Part shown: piece by piece, positions 55,623-64,000 of the stretch
Numbering within the stretch: position 1 is the first letter of the stretch
Layout: each line of letters opens with the position of its first letter
NCBI GenBank assembly: GCA_964035545.1
Contig: OZ037765.1
Coordinates: forward strand, 18,476,995 to 18,540,994
Length of the DNA stretch: 64,000 bases
From: Bugula neritina
Taxonomy: Eukaryota; Animalia; Bryozoa
Direction: 5' to 3'
Position numbers and translations under genes: made by a program
The notes under the pieces: generated by a model
Told to the model about the DNA's origin: nothing
What the model saw: only the letters and a program-made list of their open reading frames with translations
The model's database searches: none

Positions 55623-58600
55623 TCATGTGTAAAGTTCAAAGTCTATTCTTTTTGAAGAATAAAAGTCAGATCCTGCTCCAACTTTTCGAACATAGACTCC
55701 ACCAGGAAATTTGTCGTCATCAACAAATTTTTGCATCTGTGAACTGGTAAATGGACCACAAATCTCAGCTGATTCCTCATCAGTCTGTTTGTACTCCCAT
55801 TGTATGTCATCAGTGCTAGAAGGAGCAGCTGCCACTTGCTCAACTTTTCTTTTCTTTGATACTGGCTCATCTGAAATAATGGTTTATCAACTGTATGTAG
55901 TAGTGATTTTGAGTCACACAAGTCAACAATAATACCTACTATAGCTACCTACCAGCTATTGCTCTATTGTTCTAATGTCAATGACTTTGTTACTAGATGT
56001 TATTGTAGTTGTCATTTGTCAAGAAGTTGAAACATCTATGTAATCCCAAAAAGGTTTCTAATAAAATCACCAGCTTTACACTTAAATTTGCCTTTATCAA
56101 GTTCTAATGCAACACTTATTATTCTATAACTTGAACTTGATCTCAGGTCAAATGTAAAGTGTTCAACAATCAACAGCTGCTACAGTATAGTTATGACACT
56201 TGAATGATGTAAAATATAAAACAATTGTGATTATAATTTGCTGCATGATTGCAAGCACTAGATTGTGAATTTCTAAATCGCAACATATTTCAACAGACAT
56301 TATTTTCACATTCAACAAGATGAAAGTTACAACGCCACCAAATAAACTCTATGCTTGTAGAGTTCATATTTTGCGAAGGAATTTATTTATCGATCAATGG
56401 GGACAGTTCTAGACAAATGAGGCCGTATATCATATGAGCTTAAATTAATTCATTCAGTTGAAGCAAATGGAATGGATGCTAAATCAATAATTAAATCGTA
56501 GCCAAATGAAATCTTTTGCATTAAGAATCAGCAATTTTGGCAACCATCATTTACAAATTGAACTAATTGGGTTTAGGTTTACAATGTCTTAAACTTAGAA
56601 AAACTCGAGGTGGAGTGAACACGAATGTGGGACAGCTAAAACTGAACTAATGTTGGCCATATTTATTCATTGGCCATGTTTATTCATATATATTATTGGG
56701 TATAATGAAAAGATCCATTTTATTGAAGCCTTTTAGAGAGGAGCAAACTCCTTACTAGTAAACCATATGAATGTTTAGGTTTTCATTTGATCTAGCCTAA
56801 ATGAAAATCCATTTGAACACTGTATATGCATTGAATAAAATTAAAATTGAAGTAACATCAATCAAACTGAATGCCAACACACCATTATTTTTAGATTCAG
56901 ATTGTGCAACCTTTTCATCAAATTCTTCTCCAAACATGTCCAGTGCATCTTCTTCATTCTCTGGTAACTTCTCAAGCACCTTTTTTACTGGTTGCTCCTT
57001 TTCTTGAATTTTATACGCAATCTTCTCATAAGTATCGTCATATATTTCCATGTAGCCTTCATAGACAAGATAAAACAACCACTTACCAGAAAGGTAATAA
57101 TTCTGTGTACTTCAACCTATTGCTGCTCTAGTGTTAATAAAGGCTAAAATCTTACAAGAAAAACAAATTATGAATATTCACACACATTTGTAATGTGTGC
57201 ATATACTTACATGTAATGCACTCAATATATTACAAAATGTACATACAAGAGTGAGGTTAAAATTTAGTTTCTGGCAAAATTTTTTTGTTTTTATATGTGA
57301 AAATACATTTATTTCGCAACTTTTTCAAAGTCATTACTACCATGAGAATGTTGACTATGATGCCAGCAACATCCCAATTACAGTCTAACTGGTTGTCCAA
57401 AGCAGAAAACTCTATGAGATGACAACTCCTAATATCTTGCATTGCGGTTAAAGGATTGCTCTATCTTGTCTAATAAATGGCCATTTAGGTCAAACACACA
57501 TAATATTGTGTTTTTCTAAGCATGCATTGACAAAAAGCATTTGACCAAAGGTAGAAAAAGTTAGTTGAAGTTGAGGGTGTAGATTGGTAACAGCCAAAAC
57601 GCCGATTTTGAAATGAGCTGGGAAATGTGACGTAACAGCGCCAGCATTCCTGCTGGTCACATGACTATACAAATGAATAACTATAGAAATATGACTGTGA
57701 GATGTGATCTTTCAGCTCGTAATTTGTATATTTATAGAAGTGCAAATGTGAATTATCTCAATCTATAGTTTTTTGACATGTTAAATAACATGTATGTGAT
57801 AACATTAGGCCATATTTTGCTTGTAAACATAGAAAAAAGCATTGCAAAAACATGCATTCTTTAGAATGAATGCCTGCGATCGATCTAAACTAGGTCAGAT
57901 TGTGCAATGTTACGGGCACACCAAAGCTGACCTATATAGCGCACTGTAACTGCTTGAGCGTTATTGGTTGATGTTGCGCTCAGCAACCTTGAATACTAGC
58001 GTTATAGTTAGCACGTGCAGCATAGTTACTGGCGTTCACACGTCACGTATTAGGCTATTCTTTTTCATGGCTGAAAATTTTACCTCCCTCAAAATTAGAA
58101 TTTTGAAAAGCTGTTTTCTAGGCATATATCCCTTTGCAAAGTCAAAATTGTTTGCATACACATTAGATTATAGTTCATAATTATAATGTGATTGTAATAA
58201 ACTAAGATAGAGCAATCCTTTAATGGTTACTAATAGTCAACTTTTAAGCAACCACAGCAGTAATTAATTCAAAACTATACAGAGACATTGTTTCCAAAAA
58301 CATGACAACTAACCAAATCAGTTTGCAGACCTGACAAAGCACACAGACTACTTGCAGTTTGAAAGACATTATTAGTAAGAGTATGGAAACTCCACAGTTG
58401 GTAAGCAATTAGTCACTAGCAGGAAAGTATGACAAGCAATGTATAATCTTTAGCTGAACAGTTTTTAAATATGGTGGTGTAAGTATCCACTAGCTATCTA
58501 ATGGTGTAGTAAAACACCTAAAATTATCATTCTAATCCCCACTCCTTCTAAATAACTCAACACAATACCTGATTGTATGAATTTATCAGCCAATGAAGTC

Positions 58601-61600
58601 AAAGTCTGAAAGAATTCCTTGTTTTTTATCTCCTCTTCTGTTGGCTTGATTCCAAGTTTCTTAGCCTTTAGCCGTTGAGCTGATGACAGCTTCTTGTTTC
58701 CTCCCCCGAGACGTCTCAAGGACTTGGCGACGGTTTCGCCAGGCAGCATTAAGCTGACCATTTCTGTGGACAGTGTAACAACACAATGGTATCAAGACAA
58801 ATATGGTAATCAATACTGCTGAATTTAGATTTTGATATAGTCCTGGCAAAAGTCTTGCACCTTTTACATCTATGGAAATTTCAAGACATGCTGATTTTAA
58901 TTAGGATAATGTTCAGTACACTGTAAAATATATCTTGCGTTGAAGGAGAAAAGAAATATTTGAATAAATAATCATTCAACTTTATGTAACTCATTCAAAT
59001 CACCACATTGGCTTTCTATATCGTGGTATAGTTTTCTGAAGCTAAGATTATCTCTATATATCAGCGAATCTCAAGTTTTCGAAGGGTATGAAAAGTGTGA
59101 GGTGACAGAAGAGTATTGAGTTGATTTTACTCAATGGCTCTTAAATGCACGTTAAAGCTCATCCTATAGGAATTCAAAACAAAAATAAACTATTTTTAAC
59201 ATGCATTATATCACTATTATCCATATATCGATACCATCTATATATCGCTATAATCTGCATATCGCGATCATCTATACATCACTATAATCTATATGTCTCG
59301 CTATCGTCTATATAACATCGAGATTATCTGCATATTGATAACAACGACAGAGGATCAAATTGTTGAGCAACAAACAAAACTTGAATCAACTAATATCTAC
59401 AGAGTAAGACATGTTATGACTCATACCATAGTAGTAAGCAGACAGTACCACTATCATAAGCAAAAAGCAGAAGTTAAGATATATCACCTTTCCATAAGGA
59501 CAACTCATCAACTTCTTCTGGTTCAGAGTCGGACGACTCCAACTCTTTTTCTTTTACAGCTTTAGCATTCTGTTTAACCTTCACCCAATCTATGTCATCC
59601 ATCCAACTGTCTTTAATTTCAGTCTAAAACACCACAATTCCATTGGTCAGGTCTCTGAGAAAACATGAAATATTAAAATGTGGCAATTACTTCATATTGA
59701 ATAATGTTCAAAAGATTTTGTTGACCATGTGCTTCATTAAAATTTGGACGTTGCCTTTGAGTATAAAAAGTGATTTATGTATTAATAATAGGACATAAGT
59801 CGTACCTCTTTATCAAATATATATGTACCAGTCTTGTCAAAATGACCTGTTTCCATTTCTTCTCTCATATTGAATGGAGTTATAGTTGTGCTGCCATCAA
59901 AAGCTATTGTATCGTCTTCTTGACCTTTGTGACACAAGAAAAGGCTGTGTTTGTTAGTAAATTCTAATGCTTTTTATATAACAGATTGAGCCTTGAAATG
60001 CCTCAACACACAAGAAAAAAACCTTTTAACTCGTGAAATAAAAACTAGATTATAAAGCAAGTGGTTTTTAATAATTTAGTAATAAAATATGACATAATCT
60101 CATCCACAGTTATTTTGTTTCATTTTTGGGGCCATAAATAAATAAAAATGCACTTATGAGCCATAAAAAGTTTTAGATTCACAAATACCTAAAACTCTCC
60201 ACTTACAAAAATATGCATATCATTAACATCATTGAGTAGTCTCTCATCAAAAACTTTTTATGATTGAAAATATTTTCGAAGATCCTAAATTCAACTTGCA
60301 ACGCATACTTTTGATGATATTATATATAAACTCACTTTGTGTTTTCTAATGCAAGTGAGAAAAAAATATATTATAGTTCAACCTTTGTGTGCATGGTCAG
60401 CTTTACAGTGAAAAGTAACATACAATGGTTCAATAATTGATGCATCTATCTGTGTAAAGTGTACCTTCAATATCATCGTCATCCATTCGGTCATCTTGAT
60501 CTTGTATATCTTCCTCATCACTGTCCAGCGTGTGTTTTTTTATAATATCATCTGCTAATGCTTTAGAATCTCCAATCTACATACAAGAGAGCCATGTTGA
60601 GCACTAAGTAACTGGTAATCAGTGTCTATGTTGATGCTTGACCATTATACAGCAGTAAGACTAAGATGCTTGGATAAAACACTTTTGGTCACCTAATAAA
60701 AGCTATCTGAAGATTTACGAAAGGCGATATGAAACTAGTCTTCCAACTTTTTGCAAAGACATTGGCTACACTCAGGAATGTCTAGTCAGCTAGTCTACTT
60801 TGATTATTTTGATTCAATAAGCTTGACGGGTTAGATTTTATATTAACAGAGAAAATTACATTCAATCAAAAGTTATATAGATTTATTAGACAATTGAAAA
60901 TTAATAACAAAGCAAATCAATTGATGAAATGTGAAAAACATCATGTATGCACAATAACAATAATTTTAATAATTTAATACAGTAGCTTTGGGCTAAAATA
61001 TCTATTAAAAGCAAAAGAATGATTCAAAGTATTATTAAACTCAATTTTATTTTCAAGTTACACTCACAAGACCAGAATTGAATAGCCCACATAACTTAAA
61101 CATTGTCCAGTAAAAATGCTAAATAAAACTTTTATTATTCGATTACTTCTGTTTTATATAAGTCATTAGCCATTGGTGGGACACAAACCATGGTGTGCCA
61201 GTCATAAACATGCCTTTGTGGAAGAAACCAAGCTCTTCCGTATTCCCCAAAGCATGCATATGTAAGTGACTTATGGAGTTGAATGGTGGCCAATGGTAGC
61301 CAAACCTTTTATTATTGCCGGACTGAAAGCCTTGCTGAACAAGCACATTTTCGCCCACTTCAAGCATATGATTAAGTAAACCAAAATTGTCATTCGTTAG
61401 GGTCTTCGGACTTTCTAGATGCTCTTTAGGAACAACCAGATAGTGATGCCTCGTAGCTGGTTTGATGTCTTTAAAAACAACTACAGTTTCATCTTCATAG
61501 AGTATTTCAGTCTCCTTACCATTTACTAGCACTTTATTAACAATGTCACAGAAAACGCATTTCTTGCTATTTGCCATTTCAATTTTCTAAATGAATTACG

Positions 61601-62972
61601 TTGCTTTATTTCTTGTTATCAGAGTGGTTAAGAACAGTCCAAAGTATAAGGATGTTAGTGATGAAGAAGTGCAATCAGATTGATGTATGAAATGACCATT
61701 CATCACTGGAACATAAACATACAGCAATACAATTGCATAATTGAGCTGTCTCAAAAACTTCAAAGTTGATTTAAATTCAACGAAATTAACTTGAATCAAG
61801 TTTGAGTTGAATTGCTTTAGCTCTGAAACATGGCAAAAAATAATATTGAAATTTCAGTCCCACGAATTTAATATGAGTACTCTTTGTTAATTTTCTATTT
61901 GGTTTATATTAATAAAGTACTATCTTATATGCATATGTAAAAATGCATTTATTTACAATATGACTGTAAGTATGAATATAACCATTCATTTTATAGCCAT
62001 AGGCTATAAAATTAATTATCCATCACTTATGATATGTCTTAACAAACTGCATCATTACTGTACAAAATTAAGCTAAATGATTGAGTGATTGTCAACAGGA
62101 ATAAATCTAAATTTAAACTTTGTGATTGTAAATTGACTATATATTGATTAAAAGCAATTCTTTATAGTTCAATAGAAATATCAAAATTATTATTCTTTAT
62201 TGAATCAATGCTGCCAAAACAATATTACTGGTAAATGTAAATCTAAAATAATCACAAATTTGAGCATGTATTTAATTTTCCATTCTATTAGTATTAATAT
62301 TATTAATGATTACAAACTTAGAACAAGAATGAAGTTAAAAAATTAGAAAACTATAATAAAAACAGTACTATAATAATAGCTATTGTAAAATTTATACACA
62401 CCACACTTCAAACTCAAAATATTTTAATCAAATATATATTATTATTACATTATAACTATTATATTAAATAAATAATTATAGTAATTATTATTTATATTGT
62501 AATTATATTGATAATGATATACTTTAGGTTTCAATTTTTATCAAATGCACCTTGTAGATCGAATACTTAAAATCTTATTCAAATTGATCTACGCTGACTT
62601 ATATAATTAACCTTAAGATATTTAACTTCAACCTAGACTTAAAGTTGGTTTCAGATTTGACATTTTCATCAGATCATGATTTACTTTTAGAATTGATTAG
62701 CAACAGCTTTGAGTTTCAATCGGCTCTGATGAAAGTTTTAATAAAGCAATAAAAGCCTTACAACTTTGTTTGTATCTTACACTCAAAAACTACCAGTAAA
62801 GTTATAGTATAACTATAACATTAACAGTTAACTATTAGTATTAGTATAAGTATAAGATTAAGAGTAAGACTAAGTTTAAGTGCAAAACTGAGATTTGGAT
62901 TTAGTTACTTACAATTTGACTTTCAGTTTCACTTGGATTTTTCTGAAAAGACACCTGTTTTTGCTTAGACAT
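55623..62972 (-). CDS. CD2BP2: CD2 antigen cytoplasmic tail-binding protein 2 (U5-52K/Lin1, GYF domain). Exons 62913-62972, 60465-60576, ~59806-59923, ~59488-59623, ~58569-58763, ~56882-57058, 55623-~55870
   Basis: Reads MSKQKQVSFQ, KKHTLDSDEED, EG/QEDDTI...ITPFNMREEMETGHFD, DSWMDDIDW, LMLPGETVAKSLRRLG, GYMEIYDDTYEKI and LDMF, ending in the GYF domain WEYK...GPFTSSQMQKFVDDDKF...FYSSKRIDFELYT. Confidence 0.95.
59211..59340. repeat. Degenerate ~17-bp tandem repeat (tcgctataatctatata-like) in a CD2BP2 intron
   Basis: About 7 diverged units visible. Confidence 0.6.
61143..61577 (-). CDS. HINT3: Histidine triad nucleotide-binding protein 3, single coding exon nested in CD2BP2 intron 1
   Basis: Contains CVFCDI, VVFKDIKPATRHHYLVVPKEH and FGYHWPPFNSISHLHMHAL (HIT motif in a HINT3-type HWPPF context). 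Intact 144-aa ORF. Confidence 0.93.
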   Translation of the reverse strand: MANSKKCVFCDIVNKVLVNGKETEILYEDETVVVFKDIKPATRHHYLVVPKEHLESPKTLTNDNFGLLNHMLEVGENVLVQQGFQSGNNKRFGYHWPPFNSISHLHMHALGNTEELGFFHKGMFMTGTPWFVSHQWLMTYIKQK

Positions 62973-63103
62973 ACTCCACTTTTTAAAATTAAATTAGCGA
63001 AACCGAGAAAAAAGTACTTGATTAAAATTTTTTATAAAATTTAAAACAGTCTTTCAAAGCTGACAGTGACTGAAACGGAGTATAAGCGGTTCAAAAAAAG
63101 TTC

Positions 63104-63258
63104 TATAAGCAACTCCGAGTTGAGGGTGACTGAGTGCAGTAGTTTGAAATTCCCGAGTTTGATGTACGGGGTATAAATTAGAGCTTTGAACCCCCAACTC
63201 CACACTCGAGAGTCGCAAATTACTGCACTCAGTTACTCCCAACTCGAAGCTGCTTATA
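63104..63258. repeat. Inverted repeat (~55-bp arms), MITE-like, just upstream of CD2BP2/HINT3 exon 1
   Basis: tataagcaactccgagttgagggtgactgagtgcagtagtttg ... caaattactgcactcagttactcccaactcgaagctgcttata. Confidence 0.8.
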
Positions 63259-64000
63259 AACTATTCTAGTTTCAAAGATTACACCATAGATGGTTTAAAT
63301 GTAATCGGTGTGACTTGGTGCGGTTATATTTGAAACCAGACACGTATATACTATATAAAATAATATACATCGTCGAAGAACTCTATTATCCCATTCTATG
63401 CTATCATGTATTCTTCGACAAACATTGCCAGGGAGCAACAAGTGATAAGACCATTTTCCACAGTCTAGAAGCCTTCCAAAGGAATTTTGCAATACATTTC
63501 ATTATTAGCATGCATACAAATAGAAATTATATTTTCTTTATATAAGTTTCACTATTTGCCTATATATAGGAACAACAAAATAAACCTTGAGAAAGCAGAA
63601 AGCTTGAGTACACTATAAAATTCCAATTGCAGCTAAAGAAAAATGCAGATGTAAGCGTGGGAAACTTAGCCATGCAGTCAAAGAGATGTTTGTCTACCAA
63701 TGTTGATGTTATAATGTAAATGACTAATTAACTAAAATTTATAGTCCAATGTATATAACTTTCTGCAACACTGATTAATGTACTGTAAAATCCATGCTTT
63801 TTCAAAACAGATTCGCAACTTCTGCTACATGCATTCCTCTATAAAAAGTCATACAAGTTTGGAGTCACTACCCCTGCGAGAAGCCCTGGTGGAAAGGTGT
63901 TGCTATATTTGACTAAAGATTTATTCATATGTGACACAGGGGCAATTTTATGATTGGGGATGGAGCCCACGACCTTAAGTTTACTAAACCAAGCGCTCTA

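Overview
This is AT-rich, intron-containing eukaryotic DNA, most likely from an invertebrate metazoan; the species cannot be determined from sequence alone. Hand-splicing supports seven protein-coding genes. In order: Haspin kinase (-, 3' part runs off the left edge); NF-YA (+), divergent from Haspin across a CCAAT-rich promoter; SoxD/Sox5-6 (-), with about 15 kb of upstream non-coding sequence; a PARN-family nuclease with a C-terminal hydrophobic helix, best called PNLDC1 (+); an unrecognised K/S-rich spliced gene (+); CD2BP2/U5-52K (-); and HINT3 (-). The most striking feature is that the single-exon HINT3 ORF lies inside intron 1 of CD2BP2 on the same strand, behind a 3' splice site in frame with CD2BP2 exon 1. 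One promoter and one first exon, which carries an RVxF-type PP1-docking motif, could therefore produce two unrelated proteins. Interspersed elements are an RTE LINE tail, a decayed CR1/L2-type RT fragment, several MITE-like inverted repeats, tRNA-like SINE remnants and micro/minisatellites. Exon coordinates were derived by eye and may be off by a few bases.
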